Origin: Fibrobacterota bacterium
GTDB lineage: Bacteria; Fibrobacterota; Fibrobacteria; UBA11236; JADFYW01
Length of the DNA stretch: 64,000 nucleotides
Reading direction: 5' to 3'
Assembly (NCBI GenBank): GCA_042567505.1
Contig: JBHPJW010000002.1
Coordinates: 17,686 to 81,685, forward strand
The notes beneath the pieces were generated by a model. That model made no database searches. It worked only from the letters and a program-made list of their open reading frames with translations, and was not told the DNA's origin. Below, one piece after another: positions 29,844 to 39,013 of this stretch. Positions within the stretch are counted from its first letter, which is position 1, and each line of letters begins with the position of its first letter. A program made the translations under genes and the position numbers.

Positions 29844-31553
29844 TCAATCCACGTCTACCAGAAATTTGGTGGTAAAGGATTTCCCTTTAGCCTGAAACCT
29901 GAACAGGTAGAGTCCCGGACTGAAGGCGGGAACCGCAAGCCTGGCATGGTGCCTGCCCCGGATTTTTTCCCTGGTGGCGGGAAGTTTGCTCTGGTACACC
30001 TTCCGGCCGCCGGTAGTATATATATGGCAGGCGTAATCCCCGGACATGGGAAACGCCGCGGATATATCCAAGTATGTTCCGGCATGTTTTACGCTCCAGA
30101 TTTGGCCTCTTCCCGCAAAAACACCGGCTTGAACAGGGACGGAACCGTCCACCAGCTCGAAGGCCGTGAAATCAGCATTCGCTTCTCCCGGCGCCGAAGC
30201 TGATAGCTCCAGGGAGTTAGTGAGCCAGTTCACTCCGCTTTCTTCGTCCCATACATCAGCATTGGCAAAACGTATCGCATACCTGATGTCATCGGCGATG
30301 GATGGGGACTTGTCCCGCAGGCGCAGGCCCAGGGAATAGGTTCCCTCCGCCAGCTGAGCGGGGATTTTCAGACGTACATTGATGGGAGCAGTTGTGCCGC
30401 CCCGCCACCACCTGGGATCAACACCCAGCACCGCGGCAGACAGGCTCCCGTCCGGAGAGCGAAGCACGGCTTCCACGTCTCTCGGATTAAAGAGCTCGCC
30501 CCAGCCCACATTGGCAATGTTCACATTCAGGTCCAAAATCCCGCCGGGCGGCACAGGGCTGTTCAGGGAGGCGTCCTGCAATACATAGCGGTATCCCATT
30601 TTCAGAGTGATCTCATCATAACACCCATCATCCTGCCACCTTCCGATTACCCCCCCATGGTAATCGTGATTTAAATGGTTGATGTGAAGTTTTTCCATTT
30701 CATAGAGGGTGTTTGGGCACTCACCCATGGCATGGACCGCGCAGGTTTCTCCTCCAAAAGGGGAAAAAGCGGATTCTGTCCCGATGTAATCCAGGTTCTG
30801 CTCCCGGCTCCAGCCATACTGGTACGTGCCCACATCGATATCACTGGAGAGAAAGCAGTCATTAAGATGGCCCACACGCGATAAATTGGAACCGTCAAAA
30901 GCCACGCTGGAATCCAAAATGGGCTCGGTAGCGTCATGTGATCCCCCGAACACCCGCCGTTTGAGGGCGGGATACCTCACGTACACCATTCTATCCTGGG
31001 GGAGGGCGTCCAGGATGGCAAAAAGTATTGCCTTTTCGTTTTCCGGCGTATTGAGTCCGTTGGAAGACGTATGCCATTCCCCCCATCCCCCGATAAAACC
31101 CGGATCTAATACACTAATGACGTCCATATTCTGCTCCCAGAGCGGCCTTAACTGTTCAATATGATTCATCACTATGTCCAGGGGAGCGTCGCACCCGTAT
31201 CGGGCTTCGCAACCGTCTTCGGGACCATTATTGTAAGCCACCCTTGGGTTTACCTTGATGCCGTTTTCCCTGGCCAGGTCAAAACCCGCTTGTATCCGGT
31301 CCAGAAAATCCTGGGGAAAGGGGCCGTCCCGAAAATCATCAGCGGAGATTCGGCCGTATATCAGGGTCTTATTCTCTCCCCGTATGTTGAAATTACCCGC
31401 ATTGGGAAGCTCACGGGCCCTGAACCAGCCCCTTTCGGGATTGGGGAAATCATCAAAGGACTCTTCATAGCTGAGCTGAAGAAGGCCCTGGGCCGTCAGG
31501 AATGATGTTGCTGCCATCAGGAACCCCGAGATGACCATGGCGGAACGTTTCAT
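29844..31553 (-). CDS. Second secreted DUF4874/DUF4832-domain protein
   Basis: Same motifs as 22372-24036 (NPERGW, GFIGGWGEWH, RVGHLNDCFL, GGETC, MGYRYVL); AAGGAGG RBS. Confidence 0.85.
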   Translation of the reverse strand: MKRSAMVISGFLMAATSFLTAQGLLQLSYEESFDDFPNPERGWFRARELPNAGNFNIRGENKTLIYGRISADDFRDGPFPQDFLDRIQAGFDLARENGIKVNPRVAYNNGPEDGCEARYGCDAPLDIVMNHIEQLRPLWEQNMDVISVLDPGFIGGWGEWHTSSNGLNTPENEKAILFAILDALPQDRMVYVRYPALKRRVFGGSHDATEPILDSSVAFDGSNLSRVGHLNDCFLSSDIDVGTYQYGWSREQNLDYIGTESAFSPFGGETCAVHAMGECPNTLYEMEKLHINHLNHDYHGGVIGRWQDDGCYDEITLKMGYRYVLQDASLNSPVPPGGILDLNVNIANVGWGELFNPRDVEAVLRSPDGSLSAAVLGVDPRWWRGGTTAPINVRLKIPAQLAEGTYSLGLRLRDKSPSIADDIRYAIRFANADVWDEESGVNWLTNSLELSASAPGEANADFTAFELVDGSVPVQAGVFAGRGQIWSVKHAGTYLDISAAFPMSGDYACHIYTTGGRKVYQSKLPATREKIRGRHHARLAVPAFSPGLYLFRFQAKGKSFTTKFLVDVD

Positions 31554-31582
31554 ATTTGCTCCTCCTTTCCAACACCGGTAAG

Positions 31583-31688
31583 GTGATGACTAAAATTACC
31601 ATAGATTTTTATAAAATTTACTTGGAAAATCCAAAAAATACTGGGTATAATTAAGTAAGCAAGCGTAAAAGTGATGACTAATTAGTCA
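31583..31688. promoter_or_regulatory. Putative operator sites in a divergent promoter
   Basis: GTGATGACTAA occurs twice (31583-31593, 31671-31681); perfect palindrome TGACTAATTAGTCA at 31675-31688; TATAAT at 31646-31651. Confidence 0.5.
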
Positions 31689-31730
31689 CCAGATTTAATA
31701 TTTTTTTTACTTTTCAGCATCTGGGGCATT

Positions 31731-32561
31731 ATGGAACAACCAAGAAACATCATGGAATTCAACGATTACCGGGATTATTTGTCTCATTACTACCGGGTGA
31801 TGAAACATCAGAACGCCCGTTTTTCCTATCGATATATAGCGGGCAAAATCGGTATGGATTCCAGCTTTCTGATTCGGGTGATGCAGAAGAAGACTCATTT
31901 ACCGGCGAACCTGGTCGCGAGCCTGGATAAGTTCCTGGGATTAAAAAAGCGCGAGAGCCAATACCTTAAACAATTAGTACTCTACAACCGGTCTAAAACC
32001 GAGGCCGAAGCCAAAACTCATCTTGAGGCACTTATCGCTTTGCAGAAACCAACCTACCAGAGTGTGAATCCATACCAGTATGACTATTACAAAACCTGGT
32101 ACCATTCCGCGGTCCGCCTCCTCCTGGACTATTATCCCTTCGATGGAGACTTTGAAAAATTGGGTAAGCAGCTCAATCCTGCCATTTCGGGCTATGAGGC
32201 GAAAAAATCAGTGGAACTCCTGGAAAAACTCAACCTCATCAAGAAATCACCATCCGGCAGATACAAGGTGCTGGACGACAACCTCACATCGGGCAGGCAC
32301 TGGACTGATGTAGCCGTGGGCCAGTATCAGATGGAAGTATTGAATCTGGCGAAAAAATCCCTGCAAAAAACTCCCAAGCGTCAGAGAAATATTTCTACCC
32401 TTACTCTGAATATCAGTCAAAATGACCTACCCGAGATTGACAGGATAACTTCGGAATATCGCCGAAACCTTGCTCGTTACATCAATTCCAGAACTCAAAT
32501 GGACTCTGTTTATCAGATTAACATCCAGATCTTTCCCTTGACCCAGCTTAAAAACCATTAA
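31731..32561 (+). CDS. TIGR02147-family protein (N-terminal HTH, DUF4423-like C-terminus)
   Basis: EFNDYRDYL..YY...K......SYR.IA.K.G, YDYYKTWYHSAVR and RNISTLT...YQINIQIFPL motifs. Confidence 0.9.
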   Translation: MEQPRNIMEFNDYRDYLSHYYRVMKHQNARFSYRYIAGKIGMDSSFLIRVMQKKTHLPANLVASLDKFLGLKKRESQYLKQLVLYNRSKTEAEAKTHLEALIALQKPTYQSVNPYQYDYYKTWYHSAVRLLLDYYPFDGDFEKLGKQLNPAISGYEAKKSVELLEKLNLIKKSPSGRYKVLDDNLTSGRHWTDVAVGQYQMEVLNLAKKSLQKTPKRQRNISTLTLNISQNDLPEIDRITSEYRRNLARYINSRTQMDSVYQINIQIFPLTQLKNH

Positions 32562-33826
32562 TGTTTTTGAGAAACCTTTTCACGTACCGCATTCTCAAGG
32601 ACCTTCGGGTTCCGGAGGCCGTCTATCTCTGGGTCATATCAGCCGTCCTGGGAGGAGCTGTCCTGCAGGGATGCCTTAATTCCCTGGATCCACAGGCAGG
32701 TAAAACTTCTGAGACCACCAATGGGGTTTCTGTTTCCGTGGTGGATACGGCAGGCGCCCCCCTTCCCGGGGCTGTGTTAACCAGGATAGCCGTGAGGGAT
32801 TGGGCAGAAAGAATACGGTCCAATCTGCCGGTCTCCTCAGATACCCTGGAAGCTAATTCCGAGGGCCGGATTTTTATAGACAGTTCCCTCCTGGAAGAGG
32901 GAAATTTCGAGGTGACCGCAGGAACTTTGGGCGCTCACCGTGAGCTACTCACCCTGGCGCCGGGAGACACCTCAGTCACCCTGACGCTCCGCCCGCTCAA
33001 GCCCTATTCCCTGGTGCTGAGTTCTGATTCCATGAACATCGAACGCGTCAGGTTTGCCGGAAGCTCCTACGCAGGGACCAGGGACTCAAGCGGACTCAAT
33101 GTATATACCATCCCCCGGGCGGCCGCAGGACAATACGCTCTGGTAGGGCAATTCCAGAGCGGAACGGCATCCACGCTCTCCCCCTTGAAGTCAGTGGCTT
33201 TCTCCGGCAGCCAATCGGCATTGGATAGTATCAGATTTAACGCCCATGAAATCTTACTGGAGGATTTCGGGGACAACAATAACCGCCCGGTTATTTCAAG
33301 CATTTGGGAGGACTCCCGTTGGATGCTGAATACCGATACCAGCGAAGGCGGAAATTCCCAGATCCTTTCACCGGTCTCACAGTCTCCGGAAGACTTTTCC
33401 AATGCCGTATCAGCAACGGAGGCCTATAGAGAACGTTCTCTAAGAGTGGATTATTCCCTTGACGACAACCATCAATATCCCTTTGTGGAAACAATCATGT
33501 CCCTGGGCGGAACCGTTTATGACATGACCTCAGTAACCTCTCTGGAATTTGCCGCCAGGGGAGACGGCATTCTTGAAGTAGTATTTTCCGTGAGGCCCGG
33601 CAGCGGTGGAACCTGGGCCAATTACCAGGTTTCCCTCACAGACACCTGGCAGACCTTCCAGGTTCCCACAGATTCCCTGCTGACCCCTCAGGGCCTACCG
33701 GTAGACTGGCAGGACCAGGGACGTTATGTCACCAGTTTAAGCTTCAGTGCGCTAAGCGGAAGTTTTTTCGCATTGGATGATATCAGACTGTCGGGCGCGG
33801 GAATTCAGGGAATTTCTTCCCAGTAA
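32561..33826 (+). CDS. Lipoprotein with C-terminal carbohydrate-binding-like (CBM11/CIA30-like) domain
   Basis: TAATG overlap with the TIGR02147 gene; lipobox LQGC; LLEDF.D...W...D...GG.S and L..W....V motifs. Confidence 0.75.
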   Translation: MFLRNLFTYRILKDLRVPEAVYLWVISAVLGGAVLQGCLNSLDPQAGKTSETTNGVSVSVVDTAGAPLPGAVLTRIAVRDWAERIRSNLPVSSDTLEANSEGRIFIDSSLLEEGNFEVTAGTLGAHRELLTLAPGDTSVTLTLRPLKPYSLVLSSDSMNIERVRFAGSSYAGTRDSSGLNVYTIPRAAAGQYALVGQFQSGTASTLSPLKSVAFSGSQSALDSIRFNAHEILLEDFGDNNNRPVISSIWEDSRWMLNTDTSEGGNSQILSPVSQSPEDFSNAVSATEAYRERSLRVDYSLDDNHQYPFVETIMSLGGTVYDMTSVTSLEFAARGDGILEVVFSVRPGSGGTWANYQVSLTDTWQTFQVPTDSLLTPQGLPVDWQDQGRYVTSLSFSALSGSFFALDDIRLSGAGIQGISSQ

Positions 33827-34039
33827 CAGCTCCTCCGGCCTTCCCTTCAGCATTTATGGCGGGGACTCCCGGAATGAGATATCAATCCGGCAACCCATAC
33901 CCAGGATTCCGTCCTGCTTCAAGGGAGCCCATTACCTGGCCTCTGACCAGCTCTTTCTTTTTCCTCTTATTGCCCCAGGGGGTAATCCCGGTAAGGCCCG
34001 TATCCTTCAATAACTATCGGGACGCAACTCCGGACGGCA

Positions 34040-34822
34040 TTAACTCCTGAACGCCTCGATGTACGAGTCCGCGTAGATGGAGCGGTTCATCATGAGTTCG
34101 GCCGTGAGAATGGCATTGACCATTTCATCATCCATCATGTCCAGAATGGCCGCGTCAGCTCCGTTTGCGATAAGCATAGTGATAAAGGTCCTGTCTATCA
34201 GGTGCTTTTGTTTGGTGCCGTTGGAGATATTACTCAGGCCGCACACGATGTGAGGGGGCGGATCGTTGAACAACGTGAATTGATTGGCCGCCTTTAAAAT
34301 CTCAGGAGACTGTTCCTGCATGAACTTGAGGGGCATCACAATCGGATCCAGAAAGAGCTGGTCCGCCTCAAGTCCATATTCCATGGCCTTGGCAAACAGC
34401 ATTCCGGCGTTTTCCACCCGCTTGTCGGCGGTCTTGGGACTGCCTTTGGCGTCCATAGCCAGCCCTATGATGGAGGCGTTGTATTCGGCCACCACCGGAA
34501 ACAGAGCGTCCATGCGCTCGTCAATGGCGGCTACGGAGTTCACCAGGGGAGGTTTCTTGCAGACCGGGATGGCCTCTTTCTGCATAACGATTTTGTTGTT
34601 GTCGATGCTGATGGGGGTTTCCACCTCATTCTGCACGGTCTCTATCATCCAGCACAGATCTTCGGGCTTGTTTGACGCCGTTCCCATGTTCACGTCCAGG
34701 TAGGTGGCGCCCTTGTCAGTCTGTTTTTTTGCCCACTCCCTGATGGGATCCGGGTCTTTGTTGACGATTGCTTCCTTGATGTCCTTAAAGCCGGCGTTAA
34801 TTCTTTCACCGATAAAAATCAT
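34040..34822 (-). CDS. acsE: Methyltetrahydrofolate:corrinoid/Fe-S protein methyltransferase
   Basis: IGERING-like start, LDVNMG, ISID, NSV, DPIVMP and CGLSNISNG pterin-binding barrel; last gene of the acs cluster. Confidence 0.92.
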   Translation of the reverse strand: MIFIGERINAGFKDIKEAIVNKDPDPIREWAKKQTDKGATYLDVNMGTASNKPEDLCWMIETVQNEVETPISIDNNKIVMQKEAIPVCKKPPLVNSVAAIDERMDALFPVVAEYNASIIGLAMDAKGSPKTADKRVENAGMLFAKAMEYGLEADQLFLDPIVMPLKFMQEQSPEILKAANQFTLFNDPPPHIVCGLSNISNGTKQKHLIDRTFITMLIANGADAAILDMMDDEMVNAILTAELMMNRSIYADSYIEAFRS

Positions 34823-34838
34823 TTTTTGTCTCCTTTCC

Positions 34839-35795
34839 TTATGATAATCTCTCTATGGTCTGTCGCATTGTCTTAATGGCTACAGGATGGGCCATCACCA
34901 AGATGTCGGTCCCCGCCTGGAGATAATCCGCCGCGCAGGCGGCTTCCCACATCGGCCCCCTTCTTTCAGGGTCTCCCCAGCCCGGTAGCACGTCTTCTCC
35001 GGCGCTGGCGTCTTTTATTCTCCACACTTCGCCGCCCACATCGGCCAGCTGCGGGGCCGCCATGAGCTTGTCTCCCTTGAGTCCCGTGGTCCGGGCCCTT
35101 TCCAGGATAGTATATACATAGTCAAGGCCGTACCCCAGGGCGGCGGTGGTTTGGAACATGACAACGTCCTTGAGATCATAACCGGCGTCCTGCAGGAGTA
35201 TATTCACCTGCTTGCCGATGTTAATGTCCACCGGAGCCTCTGAGATAATTTTGTGCTTGTCGGCTTTGCAGATGGCGACCACGGTCTTGTAATTGCTCTC
35301 TTTGGCGGAGCCTATCAGGCAGTTCTCGCCCCTGGCCGCGGCCGAGCATTCCTGCAGCACGGAAGCGTCCTTGTCATCGTCTCCGCAGCCCCAGATTATC
35401 AGGGGAACATCCACCGCCTTCAGCACGTCCTGCACCACTTTAGCGCAGTCGGAGGCCGAATTATTTTTTCCCGAAGGATCGGCCCCTATCATGCTCAGGC
35501 TTATCAGGTCGCAGCCGAACTCGCTCACGCATTTCTTCGCCCAGTCGGCCGGGGAATTTATCTCATCGCCTATGGCTTTCTTTAAAAAACCAGGCCAATC
35601 AGGAGGAATGTCGGCTACATATCCGGCTATCACCGGCGGATTGGCTATTTCCCCCTCAAATGTCATGGAGGGCAGGGTGGTGTGTCCGCCCACAGTCACG
35701 GTCTTTCCCCGTGTACCGCCCTGCTCCGAAGCAGCGCCCAGCGTTACCTCATTTATTTTGCTTGTCCATCTCTCATTTACCTTGGGTATTTCCAT
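34839..35795 (-). CDS. acsD: Corrinoid Fe-S protein small (delta) subunit
   Basis: VTLGA...GGTR...VTVGG, TAALGYGLDY, RGPMWE and GTDILVMAHP motifs. Confidence 0.95.
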   Translation of the reverse strand: MEIPKVNERWTSKINEVTLGAASEQGGTRGKTVTVGGHTTLPSMTFEGEIANPPVIAGYVADIPPDWPGFLKKAIGDEINSPADWAKKCVSEFGCDLISLSMIGADPSGKNNSASDCAKVVQDVLKAVDVPLIIWGCGDDDKDASVLQECSAAARGENCLIGSAKESNYKTVVAICKADKHKIISEAPVDINIGKQVNILLQDAGYDLKDVVMFQTTAALGYGLDYVYTILERARTTGLKGDKLMAAPQLADVGGEVWRIKDASAGEDVLPGWGDPERRGPMWEAACAADYLQAGTDILVMAHPVAIKTMRQTIERLS

Positions 35796-36546
35796 TTTTT
35801 CCTCCTATTTTTTCCATCATAAAAAAGATACCTTCCTTTGCCGGAGAGTTCAATTTCCGAAGGGACTCGCTGTTGAAAATCGCCTCCTCAACGGCTTCAT
35901 CTTCCGGCACATCAAATAAATATTCCATCTGTGTTTCCTCAGCCAATTTCTTTATGCTTTCCCTTCGACCCTCCTTGAGCATGTTAGTGACCAGGTATTT
36001 TTTTCCCACCGGATTTTTCAGCTTCCTAGTTATCTGCTCGATGTTCTTAGCGGTATTCAGGGAAATGGGGTTGTTGTTCACCACCACTACCAAGATGTCA
36101 ATGTTCGAGGTCGTCCGGCGGCTGATGTGCTCAAGCCCGGCCTCATTATCGATGACCACCCATTTATAGGATGGCGTGAGATCCGCGTGGAACTTCCTTA
36201 TCAGGTTGTTGAGCGCGCAATAACACCCCGAACCCTCTCCCCTGCCCATGGTGATGAGATCAAAGCCTTCGGCCTCCTCCACTATTCCGTGCAGGCCGGC
36301 CTCCATGTAGTTTGCCTTGGTCATGCCGGGGGGAAAGTCCTTCATCTCTTCCAGGACCTCGTTGCGCAGGTCCCCGATGGACTGCCCTGTGGTGATGCCA
36401 AGCAGGGTGCCCAGGTTCGAGTCCGGGTCGGCGTCAATGGCCAGCACCGGCCCCATGTTTTTGGTGATGAGGTAATCGACGATCAACGCGGCAATGGTAG
36501 TCTTGCCTGTGCCGCCTTTGCCTGCTACGGCTAGTGTTTTGGCCAA
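35773..36546 (-). CDS. cooC: CooC/AcsF nickel-insertion ATPase
   Basis: GKGGTGKTT, DADPDSNL, GSGCYC and DNEAGLEHISR motifs. Confidence 0.92.
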   Translation of the reverse strand: MAKTLAVAGKGGTGKTTIAALIVDYLITKNMGPVLAIDADPDSNLGTLLGITTGQSIGDLRNEVLEEMKDFPPGMTKANYMEAGLHGIVEEAEGFDLITMGRGEGSGCYCALNNLIRKFHADLTPSYKWVVIDNEAGLEHISRRTTSNIDILVVVVNNNPISLNTAKNIEQITRKLKNPVGKKYLVTNMLKEGRRESIKKLAEETQMEYLFDVPEDEAVEEAIFNSESLRKLNSPAKEGIFFMMEKIGGKNGNTQGK

Positions 36547-36570
36547 GGTAAAGGCCTCCCTGGGAATAGG

Positions 36571-36607
36571 TTGGAGTAATGGAGTACTGGAGTGATGGAG
36601 TATTGGG
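36571..36607. repeat. Left arm: 9-bp tandem repeat (TGGAGTNNT) inverted relative to 37081-37117
   Basis: TTGGAGTAATGGAGTACTGGAGTGATGGAGTATTGGG; 33/37 match to the reverse complement of the other arm. Confidence 0.92.
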
Positions 36608-36631
36608 TTCTTTTTTGGGGTGATGACGTCC

Positions 36632-37093
36632 TCATTTCATACCGCTTTCATATGAGTAAACATCATCACGCTCTTTTTCTGTAAGGGAGTCTACCCAATC
36701 TCCATGATTCCTTTTATGTTCCAGGCTCTCAACCAATTTGAGCAAACCGTTTTCCAATTTATATGCTAGTGCATCTAATTTTTCATAATCTTCGTCTGTA
36801 ATCTGCTCGGCTTTCTTATAGGCAATATTACCTGATACAGATTCACCCAGAGAACCCAAGGCAATATTCAAGAACTGAAGATATTCCCGTATTGACTTTC
36901 TACAGTATCCTTCAGCGATATTCCCGTGGATGGAATCGCTGGATACAATAGCCTGAGAGGCAATCCGTTTTAAATGATAAGTAAATTTGCTGTACACTTT
37001 ACTTGATGATACATAGTAGTCCACTGCATCCCGCCATACCCGCAGCTTCTGATATCCACGATTCTTGTTTCTGTTCTTCCCCCAATACTCCAT
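36632..37093 (-). CDS. Four-helix-bundle protein (23S rRNA intervening sequence protein / Avd-like family)
   Basis: GYQKLRVWRDA, Q...SS.SI.GNIAEGYCR...EYLQFLNIALGSL.E motifs; AT-richer than its neighbours. Start is the ATG at 37093 or the TTG at 37117. Confidence 0.9.
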   Translation of the reverse strand: MEYWGKNRNKNRGYQKLRVWRDAVDYYVSSSKVYSKFTYHLKRIASQAIVSSDSIHGNIAEGYCRKSIREYLQFLNIALGSLGESVSGNIAYKKAEQITDEDYEKLDALAYKLENGLLKLVESLEHKRNHGDWVDSLTEKERDDVYSYESGMK

Positions 37094-37117
37094 TACTCCA
37101 ACACTCCAGTACTCCAA
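37081..37117. repeat. Right arm of the 9-bp-unit inverted repeat
   Basis: CCCAATACTCCATTACTCCAACACTCCAGTACTCCAA; begins a few bp after the acsV stop codon on the coding strand. Confidence 0.92.
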
Positions 37118-37121
37118 AGGG

Positions 37122-39008
37122 TTAAGCTTCTGCTCCAGAAAAGTATTCTATATCCGTATGCGGCAAAAACATCGCCTTCTGAAACTCCTCCACGTAGTCA
37201 TCCGCGCCCATCAGGTCATAGTAGGTGGTGTTCTCCTCTATTTCCCTGGTCTTTTTAAATCCCTCCCGGTGCAGCGCGGCAATTTTGGCTCCCATCAGGG
37301 ACGTATTCCCCGCAAACTTCACCCTCTCCCGGGGTATGTTTGGAATGAGCCCGATGTTGATTGCGTTATTTATGTTTATGTGTTTGCCAAAGGCTCCCGC
37401 CAGGAAAAACACATCTATGTCTGAAAATTGCATGTCGAGCCGGTGCAGCATGATTTTCATAGCCGCGAAAATCGCCGCCTTGGCCGTTATGATATTTTCA
37501 ATATCAGCTTCTGAAATAAATATCATTGACTTGTTGCGCTTCTCGTTTCTCTTTAACAATACATATTGCCTGATGCCATCCTTTTTCTTAATCCTGTCAG
37601 GCGGGCCGTCTACGATTTTCCCGGAACGGTTGATGATTTTCCGCTCAAGCATGACGCTGATGAGATCGATGATGCCGGAGCCGCAGATTCCCCGGGGAGG
37701 GACATTTCCAATGGTCTCGAAACAAAGCCTGCCTCTCTTTACGGACACTTTTTCTATGGCCCCTTCTTCAGCCCGCATGCCGCATTCCACGCTGGCGCCT
37801 TCCAGCGCCGGACCGGCCGAGGCGGAACAGGACATCATCCACTCCCGGTTGCCCACGATTATCTCGCCATTAGTGCCGATGTCAACCAGCAGCGACATTT
37901 TTTCGCTGTTATACATGCCGGTGGCCAGGATGCCGGCGGTCAAGTCGCTGCCCACCCAGCCGCTGATGCCCGGCAGGCAGTAGAGGAGGCCCGTGGGATT
38001 GATTCTGAGCCCTACTTCCCCGGCCCTCAGCACCGGAGGTTCAACCGACGACGATACATAGGGCGTACGACGGATGTTCCTGGTGGGCAGGTCGAGCAGA
38101 AAGTGGGTCATGGGAGTGTTTCCCGCGCATACAACCGCGTTCACATCCCGTATCTTAACGCCGCTTTGCTTGAGCAGGCCCTTAATGAGCCTGTTGATGT
38201 CCCGGACCAGCGCCTCGTGCAGTTTGTCATCGCCTTTTTTTTCCGCCGCAATCATGCGGGCGGTTACTTCCCTTCCATAAGTCATCTGGGAATTGAAACA
38301 TGCCGCCGCTCCTGCGGTCTTATGCGAGACCGCGTCAATGAGGTGCGCCACCAGGGTGGTGGTCCCCATGTCAACTACTATCAGGTAGTTATCCATTTCC
38401 GTATTCCCGCCTTCCATATTCATCAGGCGCATAGAGTCTCCGTTAACGCCCACGGTGGCGGTCACACGGAATTTGTGCTTGCGGAGCCCGCCGGGAAGGC
38501 ACTTGATGATGGAAAGCGGCGTGGTAATCGTTGAAACTCCGAGTTTCTTCCTGATGGCGGCGCATACCCGTTGATGATCAGCCATGTTTGATGCCAGGGT
38601 CGGTTCCTCCAGTTCCAGATAGATTTTTTTTACTAAAGGTGATGGGATGAATTCCAGTTCCCGCAATTTGGTATCAAGCTGTGCAAATCGGCGAAGGTCA
38701 CTGTCCACGGCTGTTTTTTTCCTGACCAGGGATTTTCTGGGGATCTCGACCGTAAGATCGGATTCCGCTTCTGCCAGGCAGGAAAGCACCATGCCCCCGC
38801 CGGCCTCTTCCCGCGTCAACCTTTCCGAGATCCCTCCGGCGGTTTTTCCCTTCTTCACCTTCATCCGGCAACCGCCGCAGGTTCCTTCGCCTCCGCACAG
38901 ACTATTGACCAGGATCCCTGCCCTGGAAGCCGCTTCTAAAAGGGTTGCGCCTTTATCAACCTGAACGGTTTTTTTTTGTGGAAGAAAAGTGACCTTACAT
39001 GAAGGCAT
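37122..39008 (-). CDS. acsV: Reductive activator of CFeSP (RACo/AcsV; 2Fe-2S plus ASKHA ATPase)
   Basis: N-terminal CGGEGTCGGC...C; DMGTTT, DIGTNGEI, SAGPALEG and GICGSG motifs. Confidence 0.92.
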   Translation of the reverse strand: MPSCKVTFLPQKKTVQVDKGATLLEAASRAGILVNSLCGGEGTCGGCRMKVKKGKTAGGISERLTREEAGGGMVLSCLAEAESDLTVEIPRKSLVRKKTAVDSDLRRFAQLDTKLRELEFIPSPLVKKIYLELEEPTLASNMADHQRVCAAIRKKLGVSTITTPLSIIKCLPGGLRKHKFRVTATVGVNGDSMRLMNMEGGNTEMDNYLIVVDMGTTTLVAHLIDAVSHKTAGAAACFNSQMTYGREVTARMIAAEKKGDDKLHEALVRDINRLIKGLLKQSGVKIRDVNAVVCAGNTPMTHFLLDLPTRNIRRTPYVSSSVEPPVLRAGEVGLRINPTGLLYCLPGISGWVGSDLTAGILATGMYNSEKMSLLVDIGTNGEIIVGNREWMMSCSASAGPALEGASVECGMRAEEGAIEKVSVKRGRLCFETIGNVPPRGICGSGIIDLISVMLERKIINRSGKIVDGPPDRIKKKDGIRQYVLLKRNEKRNKSMIFISEADIENIITAKAAIFAAMKIMLHRLDMQFSDIDVFFLAGAFGKHININNAINIGLIPNIPRERVKFAGNTSLMGAKIAALHREGFKKTREIEENTTYYDLMGADDYVEEFQKAMFLPHTDIEYFSGAEA

Positions 39009-39013
39009 CTATT

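Noticed and set aside
36571-37117. CRISPR array or diversity-generating retroelement (Avd-like gene)
   Set aside because: The repeats are contiguous 9-mers without spacers and there are no cas genes. No reverse transcriptase or TR/VR pair is visible in the window.
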